From positions 157,448 to 221,447 of IMG/VR virus record IMGVR_UViG_3300022921_000002: a stretch of 64,000 nt of DNA, one strand, 5' to 3'. Below are positions 18,395 to 28,217 of this stretch, piece by piece. The notes under the pieces were generated by a model. The model did not search any database, was not told where the DNA came from, and was given only the letters and a program-made list of their open reading frames with translations. Position numbers and translations under genes: made by a program. How positions within the stretch are numbered: the first letter of the stretch is position 1; the number at the start of each line of letters is the position of its first letter.

Positions 18395-18954
18395 ATTGGG
18401 AAACATTTATAGAACAGAACTATGAGCATGCTTGCAATACAAAAACTGATATTGATGAGCATCTGCCAATCCTAAGAGCATTAGGTGACCAATGCGACCA
18501 TATTACAGAAATGGGTGTTAGGTTTGGTGCAAGTTCAAAAGCATTCTTATGCTGTGACGTAACACTTATTTCATATGATATTGAATATAACGAACAAGTA
18601 AATAGATTATTTGAAATTGCAAAAGATGCTGGTAAATCGGTTGAGTACATTATTCAAGATGTTCTCAAAACAGAAATTGTACCAACTGACTTGTTGTTTA
18701 TTGATACATGGCACTCAAACGAGCAATTGAGACAAGAACTTGCATTGCACGGAAATCAAGCACAGAAATTTCTAGTGTTCCATGATACACAAACTTATGG
18801 TCTTCAAGATGAAAGTTGGAATAAGATTAAACCGAGTGAACCGGGGTGTGGTTTGTTACCTGCCATTATTGATTTTATAATTGAAAATCCGCATTGGCAA
18901 TTCCATACACACCGAACAAATTGTAATGGACTGACTGTATTAGAGAGAAGATAA
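18391..18954 (+). CDS. Class I SAM-dependent methyltransferase-like protein
   Basis: TEMGVRFGAS, DLLFIDTWH, LVFHDT. Confidence 0.65.
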   Translation: MNWETFIEQNYEHACNTKTDIDEHLPILRALGDQCDHITEMGVRFGASSKAFLCCDVTLISYDIEYNEQVNRLFEIAKDAGKSVEYIIQDVLKTEIVPTDLLFIDTWHSNEQLRQELALHGNQAQKFLVFHDTQTYGLQDESWNKIKPSEPGCGLLPAIIDFIIENPHWQFHTHRTNCNGLTVLERR

Positions 18955-20501
18955 TGATTGTAGATTGCTTTCCGTTTTTTGCACCGACAAATGAAGAAAT
19001 ACTATATTTAAGAGTTAACCTACTCAAAGATGTTGTTGATAAATTTATTATTGTTGAAAGTAACAAAACTCATAGTGGTGAACCTGTTGAGCGTCGGTTC
19101 CTTGAGATTGCTCGTAATCAAGGTTTGCCGATGGAAAAGATCATTTATATTGAGCATGATATTCCTGAAACTGAAGATTTAAAAACATTAGCAATTGATA
19201 GAGTAAACGCAGGTACTAATAAAAATAATATTGATTCATTATATGCAAGAGTACGTGAGCGTTTACAAAAAGATGCTTGTATCAATGCTTTTAATCAATT
19301 TAATGATGATGACGTTTTTATCTATGGTGATGCCGATGAGATTATCAATCCTCAGCATGTGGAATGGTTAGCAAACCTGTGCCGCGCCAATACATCCGTG
19401 ATTTTAAAAATACCTCTTGTTTATTTACAAGGTCGTGCAGATCTGCGTGTCCATCACCGCAATGGTCAACCGCTTATTTGGATGCGTGCTATGTTCTTTG
19501 CAACAAAGGGACAGATATGGAAAAATGGTGGTTTTAATAATATTCGTTGTGGTAATATGCAGGATGATGTTAGATTTCCTATTCAAGATGGTAAAGTCAT
19601 ACAGGATCTTGGGTGGCATTTGGCATGGATGGGAACAAACGACCAACGTAATAAAAAAGCACGTTCATTTGCTCATGCCTTTGATAAATTCCAATGGATG
19701 AAGAAACAAGATGATTTTGTGAACGGTGGATACGAAAAACATTTCAATAGCAATGATCCAGTTGAAGGTGGTATTGCACCTGATGGAAATCCTGGGCATA
19801 TATTGAAAAGATATCCTCTCGATAAATTACCAAAAATGCTACTTGATACTCCATACCTTAGTAAATTCTTTTTACCTGAAGTTGATATAATGAAAGAGTT
19901 TACGTTTAATCACTGTGTTTGTTATTGGTGCCAAAAATTGGATTGGCCTTTGATGTATGATCTTGACGGCGATGGTAAAAAGACATGGTTTGAAATACCA
20001 CGGAGTTGTTCTGTCACAGTAAAAGAAAGTCATCCTAACCGCAAGCAAGTTAGCCAGGATGATCCTGAGTACAAAAATGCAAAAAAACCACTCATTATAT
20101 TTACAGAACCCGTTGAAAGGTTTTTGTCTTGTATGAACGTATATCTTGTACCAGGTCAACGGTATTACGATTATGGTAAAGATATTTTTAAATCATTTGA
20201 TGTTAATCTTGAAGATTGTACCAAACAAGAAAAGATTGATTATTTCTTTACACATTTAAATAAGGTGTGTTCTTATCATCAAGTACACCATTTCCATCCG
20301 CAAGTTAGATTTATTGATTTTGAAACATTTGATGAGTTTACGGTTATCAACAAACACGAAACAAGTAATTATCTTGGAACTGACCGTGTAATGAATAAAA
20401 CAACAAAAGAAATAAATGAAAGCGATTTAACCAAAGATCAACTTGACTTCATACGTTGGGTTTATCGAGAAGATTACGAGTTCTTTAAAAATTATGGCTA
20501 A
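18954..20501 (+). CDS. GT17-like glycosyltransferase fused to a C-terminal sulfotransferase-like domain
   Basis: IVDCFPFF, IVESNKTHSG, RERLQKD, GDADEI, GWHLAWMG (GT17); FEIPRSCSVT, EPVERFLS, HFHPQ, VYREDYEFF (Sulfotransfer_2-like). Confidence 0.7.
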   Translation: MIVDCFPFFAPTNEEILYLRVNLLKDVVDKFIIVESNKTHSGEPVERRFLEIARNQGLPMEKIIYIEHDIPETEDLKTLAIDRVNAGTNKNNIDSLYARVRERLQKDACINAFNQFNDDDVFIYGDADEIINPQHVEWLANLCRANTSVILKIPLVYLQGRADLRVHHRNGQPLIWMRAMFFATKGQIWKNGGFNNIRCGNMQDDVRFPIQDGKVIQDLGWHLAWMGTNDQRNKKARSFAHAFDKFQWMKKQDDFVNGGYEKHFNSNDPVEGGIAPDGNPGHILKRYPLDKLPKMLLDTPYLSKFFLPEVDIMKEFTFNHCVCYWCQKLDWPLMYDLDGDGKKTWFEIPRSCSVTVKESHPNRKQVSQDDPEYKNAKKPLIIFTEPVERFLSCMNVYLVPGQRYYDYGKDIFKSFDVNLEDCTKQEKIDYFFTHLNKVCSYHQVHHFHPQVRFIDFETFDEFTVINKHETSNYLGTDRVMNKTTKEINESDLTKDQLDFIRWVYREDYEFFKNYG

Positions 20502-20727
20502 AAGAGATAACAGCGCAAAAGTAATTCAAAAATTACAATATGACATTGACCAGGAAAAAAAGCAAAAGGCAATATATCGTAAAGAGATTGATGAGCTTCG
20601 GCAACAAAAGATGATGTTATTTGAAACAATGGTTGCACTTGTGGATGACGATACATATTGGTCAGATGATGCTAAACAGTCTGGTATTATAAACCGTTTG
20701 AAAAAAGTGCTACAACAAACCAAATAA
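20494..20727 (+). CDS. Hypothetical coiled-coil protein
   Basis: ORF coupled to the upstream gene. Confidence 0.45.
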   Translation: MAKRDNSAKVIQKLQYDIDQEKKQKAIYRKEIDELRQQKMMLFETMVALVDDDTYWSDDAKQSGIINRLKKVLQQTK

Positions 20728-20770
20728 CTATTGACATTACTAATAGAATCAGTTTATATTAGAATCATAA
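20725..20770 (+). promoter_or_regulatory. Early sigma70-type promoter element
   Basis: TTGACA 20731, 18 nt, TATATT 20755; GAATC at 20746 and 20762. Confidence 0.75.
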
Positions 20771-20792
20771 TAAATATAAACTTGAGGTAGTA

Positions 20793-21329
20793 ATGTTAAA
20801 TTTTGTCAAAAATACACCGATCGCAGTAACACAATCTGTTATCCGAATAATCCTTGTTCTAGGACTTGTAGTTGCTGCTAGCACAAGCCAAGCAGAAGCA
20901 CAACGGATTGTTGGATTTAATCCATTAGAATTCCCTGAAGAGCACTGTCTTGCCTTAAATATTTACTACGAAGCACGAGGTAGTAACCTGGCAGATAAAG
21001 CAGCTGTTGCTGATGTTGTTATAAATCGTATGAATGATACACGTTACCCAAATACAATTTGTGGTGTAGTACAAGACGGTTATGTTAAAGGTCGCCGTGA
21101 TTGCCAGTTTAGCTGGTACTGTGACGGAAAATCTGATGTTCCCATAGATCTTGACCGTTGGTCAGAAGCACAGAATATTGCGTTTGCAATGACAAAATGG
21201 AGTGAGTTCCGTGGCATCAGTGAAGGTGCAACTCATTACCATGCCGATTATGTACGTCCTTATTGGGCTTCAAGTCTACAACTTGTTGGTACAATCGGCC
21301 GTCACGTTTTTTACCGGTGGAATAAATAA
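20793..21329 (+). CDS. Cell wall hydrolase (SleB / Hydrolase_2 family) with signal or TM segment
   Basis: CLALNIYYEARG, VINR, PNTICGVV, CQFSWYCDG, GATHYHADYVRPYW, IGRHVFY. Confidence 0.9.
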   Translation: MLNFVKNTPIAVTQSVIRIILVLGLVVAASTSQAEAQRIVGFNPLEFPEEHCLALNIYYEARGSNLADKAAVADVVINRMNDTRYPNTICGVVQDGYVKGRRDCQFSWYCDGKSDVPIDLDRWSEAQNIAFAMTKWSEFRGISEGATHYHADYVRPYWASSLQLVGTIGRHVFYRWNK

Positions 21330-21460
21330 ATGATTGAAATAGTCGGAATATTCCGTGAAGAAGTAATTAAGAAAACATTCAAATGCCCTTTAGATGCAGG
21401 TGAGTTTAAAGATTTTCTTGATGCACAATACCCAATTAAAGTAATATGGAGGAAGATATA

Positions 21461-21772
21461 ATGTCAGAAGAAAGATACGTTGTTGTTACATCAGTTTCTC
21501 AATTTAGAATACGGCATGCTATTCCAATGAGTAAATTACAAGAACTCAATCCTGATATGCCTGTTGATCCCAAATGGGCTGAAGATACTGTTGTAATGAA
21601 TGAAGTAAAAGAATTTTCACAAACTCATCTTGGTGATACTATTATGGATACGTTTGTTCTTGATGAAGAAAGAGTACTTCAACTGTTTGACCGTGATAAT
21701 GATTATCTATCAGAATGGGATACAGAAAAGAAATTAAACTGGATCCATGATTGGAAGGAAAAACCACTGTGA
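21461..21772 (+). CDS. Hypothetical protein
   Basis: GGAGG upstream; intact ORF. Confidence 0.55.
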   Translation: MSEERYVVVTSVSQFRIRHAIPMSKLQELNPDMPVDPKWAEDTVVMNEVKEFSQTHLGDTIMDTFVLDEERVLQLFDRDNDYLSEWDTEKKLNWIHDWKEKPL

Positions 21773-21966
21773 CCCATTCCGTCGAAGAACTATATGAAAA
21801 GATAAATGTATTATATAACAAAGGAATAGAATTACACCGTGAAAGGTACCGTGTAGCAGGCAGTTATGATGAAATACAATGTCAGTATATGGTTGACGAT
21901 ATAAAAGCATTGGCACGCGAGATTGAACATGGTCCTATTGATTTAAATAGAGATTTTAGTAAGTAA
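21769..21966 (+). CDS. Hypothetical protein
   Basis: GTGA overlap with the upstream stop. Confidence 0.45.
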   Translation: MTHSVEELYEKINVLYNKGIELHRERYRVAGSYDEIQCQYMVDDIKALAREIEHGPIDLNRDFSK

Positions 21967-21967
21967 A

Positions 21968-22285
21968 ATGGAACATAAAGAATTAACACCTGACTGTTGG
22001 GTGGTAATAAGATCAAATAATACAGAGCCTCCGCATTATAGATTGCTTGTAGGTTTTGAAGAAAAAGATGAATATAAAGTTAGCACAAAGATTGAATCCT
22101 GTGAAGCTGTACAGAAAGATTATGTGTTTACAACCGACAAGGTAAAATATTTTTGTAATGACAAGAACCGTGGTTTAAGACCAGTTATTAACCACGTATA
22201 TCTTTCAATGGTTGACTCAAGTCAGCATGACATAACATTAGTCAGAAACGATGAGTATTTCTCACTACTACATTATATGGAATAA
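21968..22285 (+). CDS. Hypothetical protein
   Basis: Tightly packed ORF; TPDCWVVI N-terminal motif. Confidence 0.5.
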   Translation: MEHKELTPDCWVVIRSNNTEPPHYRLLVGFEEKDEYKVSTKIESCEAVQKDYVFTTDKVKYFCNDKNRGLRPVINHVYLSMVDSSQHDITLVRNDEYFSLLHYME

Positions 22286-22288
22286 AAT

Positions 22289-23056
22289 ATGAAAATTTTG
22301 ATATGCGGCCATGGTTTCGTTGGTAAGGCTCACGGGTTATTTTTATCATCACACCATGATATTAAAGTGTATGATCCACAATTGGGTTATAAAGATACTA
22401 CAGTATTTAATGATGCTGACGCAGTTATTATTGCCGTTTCCACTCCCGAAGGTGAAGATGGTCAATGCGATATGTCAAATGTGTATGACACAATCGAGCG
22501 CATTATGCCAGGAACACCTGTTCTTATAAAATCAACGGTCAGTCTTGAAGGTTGGCGGTTGATTAACCGTGCCTATCCAAATGAATTTATTACCTTTTCT
22601 CCCGAATACCTCCGAGCAGATTATGCTATGGAAGATTTTAAAAATCAAAAAAGTATAGCTGTAGGTGGCGGTGATGTTAATTTATGGGTTGGTATATTAT
22701 CAGAATCATTAGAAATACGTGTTGATATTATGAACCCCGAGGTACTTATTTTAAACAAGTATTTTAGAAATGCGTTTTTGGCAATGAAAGTTGCCTTCTT
22801 TGAACAGATGTATGATATGGCGATTACGTCAGGTGTTGATCCGCACGAATTATTGGCAACTGTTTCAGATGATAAACGTATTGGTAAAAGTCATACATAT
22901 ATTAATACAAATGACCGAGGTTTCGGTGGTCATTGTTTCCCAAAAGATACATCAGCTTTATTGGCAACAGGCCATCAAATGGGTTACGACTTGTCCATCT
23001 TATCCGAGGCAATGCAATACAATGAAAGGTTGCGAAATGAGAAAAATAATATATGA
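22289..23056 (+). CDS. UDP-glucose/GDP-mannose dehydrogenase family protein (short form)
   Basis: GHGFVG, AVSTP, IKSTV, FSPEYLR, KYFRNAFLAMKV, GFGGHCFPKD. Confidence 0.85.
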   Translation: MKILICGHGFVGKAHGLFLSSHHDIKVYDPQLGYKDTTVFNDADAVIIAVSTPEGEDGQCDMSNVYDTIERIMPGTPVLIKSTVSLEGWRLINRAYPNEFITFSPEYLRADYAMEDFKNQKSIAVGGGDVNLWVGILSESLEIRVDIMNPEVLILNKYFRNAFLAMKVAFFEQMYDMAITSGVDPHELLATVSDDKRIGKSHTYINTNDRGFGGHCFPKDTSALLATGHQMGYDLSILSEAMQYNERLRNEKNNI

Positions 23057-23246
23057 CAATATCTGCGAAGTCGTAAGTACACGGACCGATGTTATAGTTG
23101 AAGCTGAAGCCGATAATATGAGACCAGGAGTTTCATTTGAAGCATATGTAGCAAACAATAAAATTAAAATGAAATGGAACGGCAAGATTTACGTTGGTAA
23201 TGTGTCAGGTATGGAATTTACATCAACAGGACCTAAAGAACTATGA
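23037..23246 (+). CDS. Hypothetical protein
   Basis: AAAGG upstream; ends in ATGA overlap with the next gene. Confidence 0.5.
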   Translation: MRKIIYDNICEVVSTRTDVIVEAEADNMRPGVSFEAYVANNKIKMKWNGKIYVGNVSGMEFTSTGPKEL

Positions 23247-23650
23247 AGGTGGGGTTTACTGCATCGGCATTTGATTTACTCCACGCAGGACACGTTCAAA
23301 TGTTAAGAGATGCAAGAGAACAATGTGACTTTTTGATATGCGGATTGCAAATTGATCCGACATTAGACCGAGCCGATAAGAATGCTCCTGTGCAAAATAT
23401 AGTTGAAAGATATACACAATTAAAAGCAATTAGTTACGTTGATGAGATCATTCCGTATTTGACAGAATCAGATCTTTGTGATATATTATCAATGTACCAC
23501 ATAGATGTTCGTATTCTAGGTGTTGAGTACAAAGAAAAAGATTTCACAGGTAAAGACATATGCCGCAAACGTGGCATTGATTTATATTTTAATAAACGAG
23601 ATCACCGTTTTAGTACAAGTGATTTAAGAAGGAGAGTTTGTAATGACTGA
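23243..23650 (+). CDS. Cytidylyltransferase (TagD / glycerol-3-phosphate cytidylyltransferase-like)
   Basis: SAFDLLHAGHV, YVDEIIPY, RDHRFSTSDLR. Confidence 0.85.
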   Translation: MKVGFTASAFDLLHAGHVQMLRDAREQCDFLICGLQIDPTLDRADKNAPVQNIVERYTQLKAISYVDEIIPYLTESDLCDILSMYHIDVRILGVEYKEKDFTGKDICRKRGIDLYFNKRDHRFSTSDLRRRVCND

Positions 23651-23822
23651 TGGACCATTTAAAGCGGCATTTGATGCAGATACTACCGGCGTAGTGCATC
23701 GTGAGATTATAACCTATCGTATGAAGAACGGTATGATGGTAAAAGAAACCGCATGCCGTGATTACTATAAATCTGGTGATTACCATGATAGCATATCAAC
23801 ACAACCGTTGGTGCAACGATGA
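23643..23822 (+). CDS. Hypothetical small protein (59 aa)
   Basis: Manually translated MTDGPFKAAFDAD...QPLVQR; AGGAG RBS; fills the gap. Confidence 0.5.
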   Translation: MTDGPFKAAFDADTTGVVHREIITYRMKNGMMVKETACRDYYKSGDYHDSISTQPLVQR

Positions 23823-24001
23823 GTGATGAGCAATGGCAAATAGATTCTGATATGCTGATTCAACTTCATAATACCGCAAGGATTATGGAACAATCCGATA
23901 ATACGGCAGGTAATGAACTCCGACAAATTGCCGACCGTTTTAGTACACTAATTAAAAATGCACATAGTCGAAGACATTGGTGCAATGGGAATGAGAAATA
24001 A
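23819..24001 (+). CDS. Hypothetical protein
   Basis: ATGA-coupled ORF. Confidence 0.45.
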   Translation: MSDEQWQIDSDMLIQLHNTARIMEQSDNTAGNELRQIADRFSTLIKNAHSRRHWCNGNEK

Positions 24002-24166
24002 TGTTTAAATTGTTTAAATCTAATACAGACGCAGAAATTGATTTTGGGCAAGATGTATCAATGGTACCACAGATTGAAATAGTACCTGAGCCATCATTAT
24101 CAGATATGCTCAAATTGGTTGAAGAACGTCTTGACCGTATTGAAAGTAAAATTGACAAACTACTCA

Positions 24167-25537
24167 ATGAGTAAGGTTTGGTTAGGTATAAGTGAAGGCT
24201 TCCATGATGCCGGTGTAAGTATGATTTGGAACGGGCAAATATTGTCGGCAACTCATGCTGAACGGTTTAGTCGTAAAAAGAATGACCGTTGGGTTCATCC
24301 TATGCAGTATCCGCAAGGTATTAATAACGGATATGATAAGATTGCTTTTTATGAAAAACCTTGGTTGAAAACAACGCGTCAGCTATGGGCAGGTCAAGGT
24401 TTAAAACCAAAACGTACTAAATACAACAAGTCATTCCATCACCATGAGTCTCATGCTGCCGCAGGGTTTTATACTTCAAAGTTTGATTCCTGTAATATTT
24501 TAGTTATTGATGCAATTGGTGAATGGGATACTGTTTCCGTTTGGAAAGCATGGACGAAGAACGGTATACCAAAAATGATTAAATTAAAATCATATAAGTA
24601 TCCGTTTTCAGTGGGTTTGTTTTATTCAGCAATTACTAAATCAATTAAATTGAAGCCACAGGAAGATGAATATATTACCATGGGTATGGCAGCATACGGC
24701 GAGCCAATTTATACCGATGAGCTCAAAGAAATAATGCTACACAAAAATTGCCATAAAGGAATAGCGCAATTTCAATATGCAAAAGATGAAGATATTGCGG
24801 CATCAGCACAAAAGGTTGTTGAAGATTTCATTATTGAAATGGTAAAAGATTATTGCCCACACGAAAACCTGATTATGATGGGTGGTGTGGCATTGAATTG
24901 TGTTGCGAATACAAAGGTTGCTGAACTTGGTAAAAACATTTGGATTATGCCAAATCCTGGTGATTGTGGATCTTCATTAGGTGCTGCGGCACTAGGTTAT
25001 GGAAAGAAATTGATATGGGAAGATCCATATCTTGGAACGGAGATTAAAAATGAAGTACAAATTAGTGGCGTTGTTCAGCATCTTATTGATAATTCCTATT
25101 GCGGTATTGCGAATGGCCGCGCTGAGTTTGGCCCTCGTGCCCTTGGCAATCGTAGCCTTATCGCTGACCCTCGACGAGATGTTAAAGATACCGTTAACGA
25201 AATTAAACGTAGACAAAAATTTCGACCCTTTGCACCTGCGATCCTGGAAGAATTTGCTAATGAATATTTCCAAGGACCAATGAATGAGTATATGCAATTT
25301 GTGGCGCAAGCCAAACACGACTATAAATCTGTAACCCACGTTGATGGTTCAGCACGTGTTCAAATTGTAAAACCAAACTGTAAATCTATATTACGCCCAA
25401 TACTTGAGGAATGGTATGAAAAGACAGGTTGTCCAATGTTATTGAATACGAGTTTAAATATTAAAGGTCAACCGATGGTTGATACTTGGGAACACGCATT
25501 AGAATTTGAAAAGAAATATAATGTTAAAGTCTTCTAA
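24167..25537 (+). CDS. O-carbamoyltransferase (NodU/CmcH/TobZ family)
   Basis: GFHDAG, ERFSRKKND, HHESHAAAG, IDAIGE, EYITMGMAAYG, GGVALNCVAN, EFGPRALGNRS, RPFAP, HVDGSARVQ, LLNTSLN. Confidence 0.92.
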   Translation: MSKVWLGISEGFHDAGVSMIWNGQILSATHAERFSRKKNDRWVHPMQYPQGINNGYDKIAFYEKPWLKTTRQLWAGQGLKPKRTKYNKSFHHHESHAAAGFYTSKFDSCNILVIDAIGEWDTVSVWKAWTKNGIPKMIKLKSYKYPFSVGLFYSAITKSIKLKPQEDEYITMGMAAYGEPIYTDELKEIMLHKNCHKGIAQFQYAKDEDIAASAQKVVEDFIIEMVKDYCPHENLIMMGGVALNCVANTKVAELGKNIWIMPNPGDCGSSLGAAALGYGKKLIWEDPYLGTEIKNEVQISGVVQHLIDNSYCGIANGRAEFGPRALGNRSLIADPRRDVKDTVNEIKRRQKFRPFAPAILEEFANEYFQGPMNEYMQFVAQAKHDYKSVTHVDGSARVQIVKPNCKSILRPILEEWYEKTGCPMLLNTSLNIKGQPMVDTWEHALEFEKKYNVKVF

Positions 25538-26372
25538 ATATATTCTTGCAACAGGCTGCAGTTATACGGATTTAGAATATCGTTCTCCTCATTATGACAT
25601 TAAACCATGGCCTATGTGGCCTGAACTTGTTGGTGACTATTTAAGTTTGCCTGTTAAAAATATTGCAAAGTGCGGTGCAGGAAATGATTTTATGTTGGAT
25701 CAACTTATTCCTATAATTGCAAAAGATCATATGAATATTGATTGCGTTATGATACAATGGTCGGCAATAGACCGATGGTCAGTTTATAGTGATGATATAT
25801 TTTTAAATAACCCAAAATCTGATATTCAAAATGAGAATACACAAGATCCTCATAAGTTGGTTAGTAAAGAACGGGCAGGATATTATGAGCGTTTAGAATA
25901 TTCAAAATATTTAATGAAAAGAATTAATGCTAAAGGAACTATAACACTTGTACAGTTATTCTTTCAGCAATGTTTGACTATTGAAAGATTATGCCGTGCG
26001 CTTGGGATCAAATGCGTACACCTACAAGCATGTGGTCATATAGGTTTAAGTTATGTAAACTCTGCATTAAAAATAATGGGTGAAAAATTTACTTCACACG
26101 AGCAACATATGGAATGGATGAAACAAGTAAGTTCATTACCTGAATACAAAGAATTGTATAATGAAAAAACTACAATGATTAACTTTCCCAAAACAAGTTC
26201 TATTCCTTTAGTAAAAGTATCGGATGATCCAATATATTGGTCAGTACAGCACTTGTTTAATTCAAACCGAGATAAATATCGCATCGGACCATTAGATAGT
26301 CATCCTTCTGAAGATGGTCAGAATTTGATGGCTGAAATGTTTTACTTGAAATATAATGAGGTTTATGGATAA
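25521..26372 (+). CDS. SGNH/GDSL hydrolase-like protein, paralogue 1
   Basis: LATGCSYT, WP, NIAKCGAGND, DSHP. Confidence 0.6.
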   Translation: MLKSSKYILATGCSYTDLEYRSPHYDIKPWPMWPELVGDYLSLPVKNIAKCGAGNDFMLDQLIPIIAKDHMNIDCVMIQWSAIDRWSVYSDDIFLNNPKSDIQNENTQDPHKLVSKERAGYYERLEYSKYLMKRINAKGTITLVQLFFQQCLTIERLCRALGIKCVHLQACGHIGLSYVNSALKIMGEKFTSHEQHMEWMKQVSSLPEYKELYNEKTTMINFPKTSSIPLVKVSDDPIYWSVQHLFNSNRDKYRIGPLDSHPSEDGQNLMAEMFYLKYNEVYG

Positions 26373-27193
26373 TGCTACTTGCTGCTGGTTGTAGTTATAC
26401 TGACGAAAATTTTACCTCGGTACTTCATCCTGAATATGATACTTCATATAAAAAATGGCCTGAGATAGTTGCTGATAAACTTGGTGTAATGCATAAGAAC
26501 CTAGGTGCCTGTGGTGCAGGTAATGATTATATCACAAAGCAACTGACAATGGAAATACTTAAAAATCATAAAAACATTACTGCCGTTATGGTTGGATGGA
26601 CTGAAATACATCGCTTTACTATCTTTGACTTTTATCGCTGTAATCCGTTCGCAACTGTTGCAAACCATAAAGTACCTTCTATGAAAACATATAAAAAATT
26701 TGAAACTTCTCAGGAAGAACGGGCATTGTTACCGTTCTATGATCTATTATATAGTTATGGTTTATTTGACAAACCAAGCAACGGTGGTAATACTCAAAAC
26801 CTTTTCGTTTATATGGTGAGGCAACTTTTAGATGGTATGTTTCAAATACAGGAATTATGCTCTACCTTTAATATACCTTACATCGGTGGACAGCTATGCG
26901 GATATACTGACCGTGAAAAGTGGCACACGTTGTCAAAAATATATGGCGACATTCCATTTTCAGAATCAGCATGGACAAGTATGTTTGGTGAATTAGAAGA
27001 ACTGTGGAGACTTAAACCAAACAGCCATATTGGATATCCGTTTATGAAAACACTAGGTGGTTATAGTATTAATAGTTTATTAACATACGACCAAGGACAT
27101 AAGGTTTCAGAGATAGACTCTCATCCAAATGAAAAAGGTCACCAATTTATAGCGGATTTATACTATGACAAATATAGAAAAACTTATTCTTAA
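26372..27193 (+). CDS. SGNH/GDSL hydrolase-like protein, paralogue 2
   Basis: LAAGCSYT, WP, NLGACGAGND, DSHP. Confidence 0.6.
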   Translation: MLLAAGCSYTDENFTSVLHPEYDTSYKKWPEIVADKLGVMHKNLGACGAGNDYITKQLTMEILKNHKNITAVMVGWTEIHRFTIFDFYRCNPFATVANHKVPSMKTYKKFETSQEERALLPFYDLLYSYGLFDKPSNGGNTQNLFVYMVRQLLDGMFQIQELCSTFNIPYIGGQLCGYTDREKWHTLSKIYGDIPFSESAWTSMFGELEELWRLKPNSHIGYPFMKTLGGYSINSLLTYDQGHKVSEIDSHPNEKGHQFIADLYYDKYRKTYS

Positions 27194-27293
27194 ATTAAAA
27201 TTTAAATGGTTGTATTTTAAACTACGATTTAAAAAAGATGTAATCAAAGATGAAGATGTAGACATTTACATATACGAGGCTGACGATGATTAG
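27165..27293 (+). CDS. Hypothetical 42-aa protein
   Basis: Manually translated MTNIEKLILKLKFKWLYFKLRFKK...IYIYEADDD; fills the gap. Confidence 0.35.
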   Translation: MTNIEKLILKLKFKWLYFKLRFKKDVIKDEDVDIYIYEADDD

Positions 27294-27993
27294 ATATATT
27301 TTTGACGTTGATGGTACACTAACACCGAGTCGTCAAAAGATGGACCGTAAGTTTAAAAAGTTCTTTTTGAAATTTATGGAAACTCATAAGGTGTGGATTG
27401 TAACAGGATCGGACTATGCCAAAACAAAGGAACAACTAGGTGCTGATATTACCGAAAATGTTGTTACTTGTTATAATTGTTCTGGCAACGAAACAAGGCA
27501 TAGAGGACAAATTGTAAACGCATCAACCTGGGAATTACCTGATGAAGTACGAGCATTTCTCAACCTTCAGTTGACTATTTCAGAATTTGTTTTGAGAACA
27601 GGTAATCACATTGAAGAACGGCGAGGTTGTGTTAACTTTAGTGTCGTTGGTAGAAATGCCACACTCGGTGAACGTAAACTCTATATTGAATATGATAAGA
27701 AAACAAATGAAAGACGCAATCTTGCCAATAACTTTAATTATGTTTTTGGATCAGAATCAATGGGTCTTCATGCCGTGATTGGCGGTGATACTGGATTAGA
27801 CATATATCCTATCGGTAAAGATAAATCACAAATACTTCAAGATTTTAATGCTGATGATGATATACAGTTCTTTGGTGATAAAATGGATATCGGAGGTAAT
27901 GATTATCCTTTAGCACGTGTTAATAAGGCAGGAACAAATCATCACGTTAAAGATTGGCGTGAAACTTGGGAGATACTAAAATGTTTACCATAG
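27286..27993 (+). CDS. HAD-IIB phosphomannomutase-like protein
   Basis: FDVDGTLTPSRQ, VTGSD, IEERRGCVNFSVVGRNA, FFGDKMDIGGNDY. Confidence 0.8.
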   Translation: MIRYIFDVDGTLTPSRQKMDRKFKKFFLKFMETHKVWIVTGSDYAKTKEQLGADITENVVTCYNCSGNETRHRGQIVNASTWELPDEVRAFLNLQLTISEFVLRTGNHIEERRGCVNFSVVGRNATLGERKLYIEYDKKTNERRNLANNFNYVFGSESMGLHAVIGGDTGLDIYPIGKDKSQILQDFNADDDIQFFGDKMDIGGNDYPLARVNKAGTNHHVKDWRETWEILKCLP

Positions 27994-28217
27994 AAATGGA
28001 CTGGGATGAAACTGCAGTTCAAGTATTAGATCAAAGTGGCCATTATGAAGATGTTGAATATATTATCTATGAGGATATTGTTTACATTAGGCAATGGGAT
28101 GAAGATCTTCAAAGATATAGTGTAATCGCTATGACTGCTGAAATGTTTAGGGATTTTGGTTTTGCCCTCGACTTACCTGAAGGTGCATACATAACAAAAA
28201 GGAAAGAAGATGATTGA
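27981..28217 (+). CDS. Hypothetical acidic protein
   Basis: GGAG RBS before ATG 27981. Confidence 0.5.
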   Translation: MFTIEMDWDETAVQVLDQSGHYEDVEYIIYEDIVYIRQWDEDLQRYSVIAMTAEMFRDFGFALDLPEGAYITKRKEDD

